From: Ostreococcus lucimarinus
Lineage: Eukaryota
Length of the DNA stretch: 64,000 nt
Reading direction: 5' to 3' (one strand)
NCBI GenBank assembly: GCA_000092065.1
Contig: CP000590.1
The notes under the pieces are model-generated. The model was not told the origin of the DNA. It was given only the letters and a program-made list of their open reading frames with translations, and ran no database searches. Shown in pieces: positions 43,780 to 53,420 of this stretch (position 1 is the stretch's first letter; each line of letters starts with the position of its first letter). A program made the translations under genes and the position numbers.

Positions 43780-46700
43780 ATGCGCGCGATGCGGACGCGC
43801 GATCGGGACGCAGACGCGCGAGAGGCGATGGAGACGGCGGCGAAGACGGTGTCGAAGCTCGCGGCGGACGCCGAGCAAGCCGACTTGGTGGAACTGCTTC
43901 GAGAGGCGCCTCGGGAGGCGTATTCGTTTCAAAACGCGGGATGGCCGAGCGATGTGGTGGGTATGAAGAAGGAGGAACTGCCGGGGGTGGTGCTGGAGCG
44001 GTACAACACGCGGCAGTCGGTGTGCTTTTGCGGGGTGCTGCCGGAGATTTCGCGCGCGTGGGCGAGCGTGGACAACGCGTTGTTTTTGTGGAGGTTGGAC
44101 GTCGCGGACGACGTGCCGGTGGAGTACAGCGGCGAAGAGCAAGCGATCGTGGCGGTGGGGTTGGTGAAACCGAAGAGTGGGGTGTTTTTAGAGGCGATCT
44201 CGTACGTGCTCGTCATCGCGACGACGGTGGAGCTCGTCATGGTGGGGGTGTGCTTGGAGGACGACGGACGCGAGCTCACGCTGCATCCGCTGCAGTACTC
44301 GTGCCCGACGGACGCGACCATCATGAACGACATCACGTCTACGCCGGAGGGTAGGATCTTCTTAGCCGGTGCGGACGAAGCGCTTTATGAACTCGTGTAC
44401 GCGCAGAGCGACACGTGGCACAGCAAGCGATGCAAAAAGGTGCGACACAGTCAAAACTTGTCCTCGCTGTTGCCTTCGGTGCTGCGATTGAAGGGCTCGG
44501 ACGCTTTGAAACAAGTCGTCGTGGACGCCAAGCGCGGGATTTTGTACACGCGCAGCGAACAAGGCGTGGTGGTTGTGTACGACGTCGGCGCCGCGGCGAA
44601 GGACGCGCCGAGAAAAGTCGCCGAGGTTAAAAACGTCGCGCAACTCGCCGCGCAGGCTCGCGGTCAAGGGTCTCTGTTTGCATCGGCGACGTCATCGGTG
44701 AAGAAAGGGGCGAAGTTAGTGCACGTCGCATTGGTGCATCCGGAGGAGTCGTCCGTCGTGACGTTGGTGGCGATTTGCGCGGATGGAAGACGCATTTACC
44801 TCACCGCTCTTCCGCCGTCGCGCGGGTACTCGTACGGCGTCGCCTCGGGTACGGGTAGCTCTCGACAAGGGCCTTCGCGACTGTCCGTGGTCGAACAACG
44901 CGACCCGCCGCCGCAAGGAGGAAATCAGCGCGGTATGACGACGGCGCAGGCGCTCTTGAACACCACGTCGAGGGCCTTGGAAATTGAAGCCGGGTTTTAC
45001 AGCAGCGGCGTTTTGTTACTGTCGGACGCGACGCCGAACGACTCTGACGCGCGATTGATACTTTCAAACCGCGACCTGGCGCTACCCCCACACTTGCAGT
45101 TGCCGCCGCCGACGCCCCCACCGAGCTCGGGAAGCGGCACTCGCGGTTTGCGCGAAGTCGTCACCTTGGAACAACTTGAAGGGCGCTGCGCGTCGAGTCT
45201 CGGATCGCTCGGTGAGATTCCTATGCCAAAGAGCGTACAGGACGCGATCGATCCGCCATACCCCACGGGGACGCTTCCAGAAGCACGTGTAAAATCGACG
45301 GGACTACTCTCTGAGCTCGTCACGCAATACATGTGCCCGAGAAGAACGTTTGTGTTGATGACCAACGCCGGGTTGGTTCGATTCGAGAAGGCGCGCCCGA
45401 TTGACACGTTGAGAAGTGTTCTTGAAAAGAACATTCCGGAACAAATCGAGGAGTTCTTTAAGAGTTACGGACCGATTGAAGCTGCGGCAATGTGCGTCGC
45501 GTTATCTGTTTCGGGATCCGAATCCAACGCCGTGATCCTCGCCGCGAAGCGGGCCTTTGACGACCCGCGTCTCACCGGCGAGCCGAGCATCGTGGAGGAT
45601 AGCTACGCGCAAAATCAAGAGAATAATGGTGGATCTTTCAACATGGGGCGTGCGATCGTGCAACCGGTGCTGACTTTTTCGTCGGCGCAGCGTGGACTGT
45701 ACTTGTTCACGGCTCGCATAATGTCTAGCACGTGGGAACGAGCGATCATTGTGCCCGTTCGCGCGCCCGTTCAAACGAATTTGAACGGCAACTCGCGACC
45801 GCTATCGCCGGCGATGAAGATCGCGAACAAAGCGCTCGGCGCGGTGCAAGCGGCAGCTCGGTACATGAGTGAAGAACCGGCGCTCAGATGCTCCTTGGAT
45901 CCGACGTTGCTCAAGAATTTGCACGATCGCTTGATGCCGTTGGTGACTTTCTTGAAGCAGCGTAGACCGCGCATTAGCAGCGGCGCCACGATGTCGCAGA
46001 CGAAGCGGCGTCGAGTGCGTTCATCCGGCAGCGAACTCACGGCACTCCAGGAAGAAGAGCGCAGTCTCTCGGCCCTCTCCGCCTTGGTGAGCCGCACGGC
46101 GCAGGCTTTGTCTCTCATTAGAATCATCATCACTGATGAACGTTTCTCACGAGTGGCCGACATGCTTCCCTCGGCGATTCGCAAGGAGCTGTCACAGGTA
46201 CGTTTCCGCGCTCCTACGCCTCGTCTTTTCTTTTTTGCCTGCGCGATGATGATTTCCCATATATCAATCTGTCAATCCCCTGATTCACAGTGATGACAAC
46301 TCATATGGTGCCCTTCCACTGAGCGTCCACTTTTACTTTTCCGCGCTGTGTTCTTCTGAGACTTTCGACTGACTTTTTGTTTTACACTGCGACAGCTCAC
46401 CTTGAAGAAGTTGGTTTCGACGACGCACGGGGCGCGTTTGGCGGGTGCGCTCATCGAAGCGATGATGTCTCACATAATGTCTCACGCTCGTCACAGCGCC
46501 GAGGAATTAGCTGCGGAGCTCCAAAAGGGATGCCCAGACTTTTTCGGCGCAGATTCGAGGACATTTTACCACGCCAGAGACTTGTTGCAGTTGGCGCGCG
46601 ACGCGCGCGCGAGAAAGGAAAACGTCTTGCGCGACCAATACGTGAACGATGCGATCGCTTTATTCATGAAGGTGCCGACTTCTGGAGACTTATCGGCCGT

Positions 46701-48482
46701 TTGTGCTGAACTTGTCGATCTTCGCGCGTTTCATGGCGTCACCGCTGTGCCCCTCGCGGCGGCGGCGGCGCTCGAGGCGCGCGCAGAGGAAGCTCGTTTT
46801 ACGATGCATTCGCAACCGAATGTGGACATGGTGGTAAGTTTATCTTGACCTCAAATCTCGAAAGAACTTCGTTGCGATGAAGACGAATCTGATACGTGAA
46901 CGTTCGGCTTACCGCCGGGCGTGCCGTGATGATTAAAAACTACAGAACATCTAAGCCTGAGCGACGGCGAATCATTCTCGGCTCGAGTCACGACGGGATC
47001 GCGAAAATCTCTTACTGACGACAAATTTTTACCGCATTATAGGATCTCCAATCGTGCTTTGAAGTCACGTGTACCACGATTCGGGCGCTTGCGACTGGAA
47101 GGGCTGATGCGGACGCTGAACCAGGTTCGCTGAGTCGCGTCGCGGCGGAAGAACTTCCCGAGGACATTCGTGAACGAGGTCTCGTGAAGATTCTAGAGCA
47201 GCTTCAACGAGTGTCTGGAGCTGACTCACAAGATTTCATGCACCGCGTATTTGCGGAGCTGATTGCAGTGAGACGCGACGCCATGCTTTTATCGCTACCC
47301 GCGGCTATGTTGGAACCGTACTTGGTGAACAAGAGCGCGTTGACGTCTGCGCAACAAGGCGGCGCGCTCACGCCGGATGAGGCGAGACATCTCGATCTCT
47401 TGGCGCAGTTGTACGCCGCCCGAAGTCTGTTTGGATTGGCGGCACAGGTCGATTGCTCGTTAGCGGAGCGTCGATGCGCGAACGACGAAACGTTCAGTTT
47501 GGACCAGCGCATGGCTTTGTTTGAGCGCGCGCTCATGCACGCCAGAAAGTCGGTCGACGGGGGATTGACCAATGGTTTGGACACGTCGTTTTGCGAAAAC
47601 GTCGACAGCAAAATCAAATTGCTCGACATGCAGCGGCGAGTGCTGGGCGTGTGCATAGAGCGCTCCCGTCAAGCACGCGCCACCGGATCGTCGAACGCTC
47701 CGGAGGAGGCGTTTGTGTACGAATTGGAGCGCGAGTTGAAGCAACTGAGCGACTTGTACAACGACTTCGCCAAGCCGTGTGAGTTGTGGGACATCTGCCT
47801 CGAAATGGTGCACTTCTCGCAATACCACGATCCGGATGGCGAGATTGTGTGTGACTTATGGGATAAGCTCCTCTTACAAGCCGCGTCTCGCGCGCCGAGC
47901 GCCGCGACGTGCCTGCGGGAAGCCTGCCTCGTGGTTCGCGCGTTGGGCGTGAAGTTGTTCCCATCGGACGTCGCGTTTCCGGTCATTCACGTGGCTTTGC
48001 GTTTGGAGCTCATGGCGGCAGGACTGTGGGGTGTTCCCGATGTCGCAGTCGAAGCGCACGTCGACGATGAGTATGACACGAGCGAAGTCGCGGACGCGCT
48101 CGTCGTCGCGTGCAAAGGACTCGCAGAGCCCGTGCAACGAGCGTACGACCGCTTGCTCGCGACCCCGGCCCAACGCATGCACGATAAGCGTCTGTCGAAA
48201 GTGGATGCGTTACAAACCCCGCGTTTGCGCCTCCGCTTGCTCAGATCGGTGTACTTTGTGCTCCAGCTTTGGGACCAGTCGCTCGTGCCCAAGGCGACGG
48301 CGTACGGCGAACCGAGAGCGTACGCCACCGGAGGCCACGTGCGCGCGGCGATCGGCGACTTGTGCGTGAGCTACGCCTCGGAAAGCCGACGAATGCAGTG
48401 TCCGAATGAGGTTATTCGCGCGAACGCCGAGGAACTCGCCGCCGCTTTCGACACGTTCGGCCGCCGCTTGCTTTCTTCGTAG
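43780..48482 (+). CDS. NUP155: Nucleoporin Nup155/Nup170 family, three exons: 43780..46197, 46396..46833 and 47043..48482. Introns are 46198..46395 (GTACGT donor) and 46834..47042 (GTAAGT donor, CTGAC branch point, tatag acceptor), both phase 0.
   Basis: The N-terminal region (…YNTRQSVCFCGVLPEISRAWASVDNALFLWRLDVADD...AIVAVGLVKPKSGVF) matches the Nup155 N-terminus (…[28 protein letters not shown]...ILAVGLVKPK). The three ORF pieces are in compatible phase. The first ATG at 43780 is used; METAAK at about 43828 is an alternative. Confidence 0.8.
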
Positions 48483-48595
48483 ACGAGTAGACAAAGCCCT
48501 CGCGACGGGGCGTTGAGAAAAATAAAACCGTGTATGATTTAAATCGGATGTTGTGTGTTTGATATTCGACATCATAAGCTAATCAACGTCGGTGT

Positions 48596-49568
48596 TTACT
48601 CTTCATCTTTCTTTTCCTCGACCTTGGTCGCGGTCAAAGCGTCCGCGAGCGCGTCCGCTTCTTCGGCGACTTGCGCCTTTTCCTCGGCGGCCTCGGCTTC
48701 GCCCTCTTCCGCCGGAAGCGCCGCCATCTTCTTTTGGGCGTCATTGAACGCCGCCGTGAAGAGTTCGCACTTTTCCGCGCTTCCGAACTTGATGCACATG
48801 TTGTAAAGCTCCGGGCGTTCGTCGCCGTCCGAGCAATCCACCGTGGTGAACACGCACGCCTTTTCGCTCGCCGCGTGCTCCGCCACCTTGGATTCTTGTT
48901 GCACGTAAAAGTTGGCGCAAATCTTCAGCGTTTTATCCCGGCGCATGAGCACGCGAATCTTTTTAGACGTCTTGTGCTCGAGAAGTTTAATCGGACCGAG
49001 TCCTCGTTCCTTCCATTCGCCGTCGGTGAACCGGTACGATTTCACCTTGCTGCGTCGCGCGTCGTCGTTCTCGTCGTCAGTCCTCCATCCTCGCGTCGCG
49101 CGTCCCATCTCTCCATCCCACGCCTCGCGTCCGTTCGCTTCGTCTCGCACGTACGCTTCGAACAAAATATCTTCGTCCTCCTCCCCCGTGGTCGTCGCCT
49201 CCGCGCCCTCCACGATCTCCAGCTTCACCACGGGTTTAAACTCCGCCTTGCACTCCGCCTCGACGTCGTCGTCCCCCTCCTCGTCATCGTTCCCGGTCTT
49301 TTCCTCCGCCTTCGGCGCCTCCTTCGACGCGAACTTCGACGGATCGAAACCTCCGCCCGCGGCCGCGGCGCCGAACCCTCCCTGCGCGAACGCCGCGCCG
49401 AAGATCGGCGTCGTCGTCGGCGGCGCCGTCTGTCGACATGCATTCAGATCGCGCCTTCGTCAGTCCCTCGTCGCGCGTCGTCGCGCGCGCGCGTCACCGG
49501 GTCGTCGCGCGGTCGTCGCGCGTCGCGAGCGTCCGTTCGCGCACCTCGTTCGCGGCGTCCTCGCTCAT
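48596..49568 (-). CDS. RANBP1: Ran-binding protein 1 (RanBD), three exons: 49545..49568 (MSEDAANE), 49155..49429 and 48596..49049. Introns are 49430..49544 (GTGCGC donor, CTGAC branch, cag acceptor) and 49050..49154 (GTACGTG donor, CTGAC branch, cgcag acceptor; 105 nt, in frame).
   Basis: The spliced protein ...[79 protein letters not shown]... matches the RanBD (…EEDEEVLFKMRAKLFRF...QWKERGIGD.K.L.....K.R..MRRD..LK.CANH). The ORF track reads straight through the in-frame intron, inserting 35 spurious residues. Exon 1 is the least certain part. Confidence 0.75.
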
Positions 49569-50449
49569 CGCGCGCGATCGATCGCGTCGCGATGTGCGGC
49601 GACGCCCTCGCGCGCGGCACTCCATGTCGACCACCGGAGCGCGCGCGCGCGACGACGGCGGCGGGTCATCGACGCGCACGTGCGTGGGGGTGACGACGTT
49701 CGACGACGCGCGCGAGAGTCGACGCGCGACGCCGGTGCGCGACGCGCGACGCGAATCTTCCGAATCCGCGAATCTTCCGTCGACGCGAATCGACGGCGAA
49801 TCGACCGACGCGCGCGACTGACGAGCGCGCCGACGCCCGCAGACGTGCTACGGATTCACGCGCCGGCGAGACGCGGCGCTGCGCGAAGAGCGGCGGACGC
49901 TGCGCACGGGGGACGTCGTCGGACGGTATCGGTACGCGTGCCTGGGACGAAGCGCGCGCGCGGTGCCCTTCTACGCCGAGGGACGACGCGCGCCCACGCT
50001 GGAGGAGCGCAAGCGCGGGACGGAGTTCCCGGTGTGCCAAGGGCTGGAGGTGCTCGTCGCGGAGAGAGTGGACGAACGCGCGGCGCGGCGCGGCGACGGC
50101 GACGCGAGCGAAGACGACGCGACGGACGCGGCGATGCGAAAGCGCGTCGGCGCGCGGGAGATCAGGGAGACGCGCGAACGCGAGCTCGGCGCGAGCGCGG
50201 CGTTGGAGCGGTTCAACAGGAGCGCGGGGAAAATTTCAGCCAACATGCGGCGACACGCGAAGTTCATCGGCGACGGCGCGTACTCGCTCTTCTTCACCGG
50301 CGGTCGGCGGTCGTGAACCGTGGGTCGAGCGCGCGACGCGCGCATTCTTTGTAATCACGATGTACCATCGAATCGTAGCCACCGCGCGCGACGTTCGCGT
50401 CGCGGCGTCCGTCGACGTCGTCGACGCCGCACATCGCGACTCGCGCGAC

Positions 50450-51106
50450 ATGTTCCGCGCCCCTCCCGAAGGTTTGCGCGCGCGCGCGAACGCGCTCGAC
50501 GATCGACGCGCGCTGCGTTTACACGACGACGAGCGATGCGTCTTGTCCTGCGACGCCGCGATGACGATCGGCGACGACGACCCGGCGTCGAGCGCGATTC
50601 CGGGTGAATTATACATCACCGACGCGCGCGTCGCCTTCGTCCCGCGAGACCCGACGTCGACGTCGGCGTACGCGTGCGAGTATCGCTGTCTCGCGCTGCA
50701 CGCGATCTCGCGCGAGGACGATCGCTACGGAAGCGGCGGGTGCGTGTATTGTCAGATTGACGGCGGCGCCGACGCGCCGAGCGCGTCGACGACGACGAAC
50801 GCCGACGACGCGAACGACGACGAGCCCTACGACGAGGACGACCCGGTGACGGCGCACGTGCGCTTCGTCCCGAAAGACGCGACGACGCTGGAGGAGATCT
50901 ATCGCGCGATGAGCGAGGGGTCGTTATTGAACCCGGATCCCGACGCCGAGCGATTCGACGACGACGACGACGACGACGAATTCCTTGAAGACGACGACGA
51001 GGCGCACGCGCGCGAAGCCGCGCTCGAGCGATTAGATAAGCTCCTCGTCGTGGACGACGAGGTCGAGGCGTTGATGAAGCGCGACCCGGGTCGTTTCGAG
51101 GATTAA
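50450..51106 (+). CDS. CLNS1A: Methylosome subunit pICln (CLNS1A; chloride conductance regulatory protein ICln).
   Basis: MFRAPPEGL...GELYITDARVAFV...YACEYRCLALHAISRE and VTAHVRFVPKDATTLEEIYRAMSEGSLLNPDPD, then an acidic tail. These align with human pICln (GTLYIAESRLSWL...ISLHAVSRD; ITEFRFVPSDKSALEAMFTAMCECQALHPDPED). Confidence 0.8.
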   Translation: MFRAPPEGLRARANALDDRRALRLHDDERCVLSCDAAMTIGDDDPASSAIPGELYITDARVAFVPRDPTSTSAYACEYRCLALHAISREDDRYGSGGCVYCQIDGGADAPSASTTTNADDANDDEPYDEDDPVTAHVRFVPKDATTLEEIYRAMSEGSLLNPDPDAERFDDDDDDDEFLEDDDEAHAREAALERLDKLLVVDDEVEALMKRDPGRFED

Positions 51107-51189
51107 AGTCGGTCGACGTATGTAACGAGCCGACGTCGCTCGCTCGCGCCGTCGCCCCTCGCCCCGCGACTCGCGCTTCTCGCCTCACA

Positions 51190-51660
51190 ATGTCTCTCGC
51201 GACCGTCTCGCGCGCGCTCTCGCGCCCTCGCGTCGTCGTCGGACGCAAGGCATCGCGACGCACCGATTCCGAGCCCGCGGCTCGACGGACGACGCGCATG
51301 CACGCCTCGGACATCCAACGCTTGGGCACCGATGACCCTCGCATGAGTCAGGTGGTCGTGCACAACGGCATCGTCTACTGCAGCGGACAGGTTGGATTGA
51401 CCACGACCACGGTGCGAGAACAAACGATCGAAACGCTGGAAAAGTTTGACAAACTGCTCGCGATGGCGGGGACGGATAAGTCGCGAATATTGACCTCGAT
51501 GTGCTGGCTGCGGGACATCAAAGACGCGCCCGAGTTCAACGCCGTGTACAACGCGTGGATCGATCCGGATAATAAACCCACGCGGGCGTGCGTGCAGAGC
51601 GAGTTGGCGCGACCTGAATTGTTGGTTGAGGTGCAAATTACCGCGGCGTTGCCGCCGTGA
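51190..51660 (+). CDS. RIDA: RidA / YjgF / UK114-family reactive-intermediate (enamine/imine) deaminase with an N-terminal organellar presequence.
   Basis: VVHNGIVYCSGQVG...TLEKFDKLLAMAGTDKSRILTSMCWLRDIKDAPEFNAVYNAWIDPDNKPTRACVQSELARPELLVEVQITAAL follows the YjgF/chorismate-mutase-like pattern. Confidence 0.8.
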   Translation: MSLATVSRALSRPRVVVGRKASRRTDSEPAARRTTRMHASDIQRLGTDDPRMSQVVVHNGIVYCSGQVGLTTTTVREQTIETLEKFDKLLAMAGTDKSRILTSMCWLRDIKDAPEFNAVYNAWIDPDNKPTRACVQSELARPELLVEVQITAALPP

Positions 51661-51774
51661 GGCGTCGAGACGAACGAGTTGAGTCGCCGGAGGGCGAAGG
51701 AGCGCTCGACGCTCGCGTTGAAATCTTGAAATACATATTTATTCATTCACTCATCGACGACGATAGTACACGCG

Positions 51775-53346
51775 CTACAGCTTGCTGTTCGGCTTGGCGT
51801 CGAACATGGGGTACCACGCGAACGGGTCTTCGGACACGTAGGTGACGACTTGCTTTTGGTGCAAGTACTTGTCCATGCCGTTCGCGCCGAGGTCGCGACC
51901 GAATCCGCTTCGCTTGCGACCGCCCCACGGGAGCTGAGCGAAGCAGGGTTGCGAGCAATTCACCCACACGATCCCGGTGTCAAACGCGGCAGTCATACGC
52001 TCGCGTCGCGCTAAGTCGTCTGTGATCACCGCCGCGGCTAAGGCGTAATCGGAATCGTTCGCCATCGCCACGACTTCCGTTTCAGAGGCGAACGTCTTGA
52101 CGCACATCACCGGGCCAAAAATTTCTTCTCGCCACACTTCCGCATCCATAGGGACGTCGACGAATACCGTGGGTTCGAGATAGAACCCCTCTCGACAGTC
52201 CGGATCGCTCGGTTTCTTGCCGCCCGTCAAAAGCGTGTATCCCTTGCGCTTCGCGCGTTCGACCATTTTCATCACCTTTTTGTACTGCCCTTCGCTCACG
52301 AGCGGGCCGAGGCGACACCCCTTGACGAGTGGGTTGCCGTACGGAATGGCTTCCGCAGCCTCCTTGAGACGCGCTAAGAACTTCTCTCGAATGCGCTCGT
52401 GAATGAAGACGCGCGACGTCGCGCTGCAGATCTGACCATTCGTCCAGAAACACCCAAACAGAGCCCACTCCACCGCCTTTTCCAAATCGCAGTCGTCGAA
52501 AATGACCAACGCGCTCTTGCCGCCCAATTCCAACGATACGGGCTTGACATCTTTCGCGCACGCGCTCATGATGATGCGGCCGGTTTGCAACGAGCCAGTG
52601 AACGATATTTTATCCACACCCTTGTGTGCGCACAGCGCAGCGCCAGCCTCGTCGCCTCGCCCCGTGACTACGTTGAACGCCCCCGGCGGCAACCCTGCTT
52701 CGACGCACACGTCCCCCAACACCTGACACGTCAAGCTCGCGAGCTCACTCGGTTTCAGCACCACCGCACATCCACTCGCGAGCGCGGGCGCGACTTTCCA
52801 CGTCGCCATGAGCAACGGATAGTTCCAAGGCGTGATCAAACCGATCACCCCCAGCGCCTCGCGTCGCAACCGTCCCGCGAACTCGTCCATGGGTAACTTC
52901 ACATCCTCCTCCGCGTACGCCTTATCCCCGAACACTTCATCGCACCGATCGGCGTAATAATCAAAGCACGCGCTGACATCATCGATATCCCACTCGCTCT
53001 CCTCGATCGGCTTCCCCGCGTCCAGCGTCTCCAGCTCGGCGAGCGCGCGTTTCCGCCGTTCGATCCCTCTCGCAATCCCCCGCAGCACCCGCGACCTTTC
53101 GCGCCCCGGCGTGGCGCTCCACACCTTATATCCCTTGCGCGCCGCCCGCACCGCGTCGTCGATCATCGCGCGATCGCCCGCACCGACGGCACCGATGTTT
53201 TTATTGTCGTGCGGGTTCACCACCGGCAGCGTCCTCGCGGCACCGCCGAGCGCCTGCGCCTGCGCCGCAGCCTGCGGCGCGCGCACCCACGCGTTATTAA
53301 TAAATTGTTCCACCCGTCCGCATCGTCCCGGCGGCGGCGCGGCCAT
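51775..53346 (-). CDS. BADH: Aldehyde dehydrogenase of the plant ALDH10 type (betaine-aldehyde / aminoaldehyde dehydrogenase) with a C-terminal peroxisomal PTS1 (-SKL).
   Basis: ITPWNYPLLMATWKVAPALASGCAVVLKPSELAS, the ELGGKS Glu region and FWTNGQICSATSR (catalytic Cys) are present. Overall similarity to plant BADH/AMADH. The C-terminus ...KPNSKL carries PTS1. The ATG is at 53344..53346. Confidence 0.9.
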   Translation of the reverse strand: MAAPPPGRCGRVEQFINNAWVRAPQAAAQAQALGGAARTLPVVNPHDNKNIGAVGAGDRAMIDDAVRAARKGYKVWSATPGRERSRVLRGIARGIERRKRALAELETLDAGKPIEESEWDIDDVSACFDYYADRCDEVFGDKAYAEEDVKLPMDEFAGRLRREALGVIGLITPWNYPLLMATWKVAPALASGCAVVLKPSELASLTCQVLGDVCVEAGLPPGAFNVVTGRGDEAGAALCAHKGVDKISFTGSLQTGRIIMSACAKDVKPVSLELGGKSALVIFDDCDLEKAVEWALFGCFWTNGQICSATSRVFIHERIREKFLARLKEAAEAIPYGNPLVKGCRLGPLVSEGQYKKVMKMVERAKRKGYTLLTGGKKPSDPDCREGFYLEPTVFVDVPMDAEVWREEIFGPVMCVKTFASETEVVAMANDSDYALAAAVITDDLARRERMTAAFDTGIVWVNCSQPCFAQLPWGGRKRSGFGRDLGANGMDKYLHQKQVVTYVSEDPFAWYPMFDAKPNSKL

Positions 53347-53420
53347 CGTCGCGCGCGCGCGAGTGTCGGGACACTTTTCGCGAAAAAGTGAAAAAGCGCA
53401 CCGCCGCACTGTCGGCCGCG
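53347..53420. promoter_or_regulatory. Putative shared bidirectional promoter/5'UTR interval (74 bp) between the divergent ALDH10 (minus) and GABA-transaminase (plus) start codons.
   Basis: Inferred from the gene arrangement. It depends on the start-codon calls (ALDH MAAPPPGR..., GABA-T MLARALER...). Confidence 0.35.

Noticed and set aside
42525-44142. 394-aa plus ORF and 472-aa minus ORF across the PDCD2L / Nup155 promoter region
   Set aside because: Arg/Ala/Gly low complexity spanning the CGCG-rich divergent promoter. They overlap real genes antisense.
48671-50354. 340-aa and 480-aa plus-strand ORFs overlapping RanBP1 and the inter-gene region
   Set aside because: They are antisense or out of frame to the spliced RanBP1 gene. 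The translations are Arg/Ser/Ala runs.
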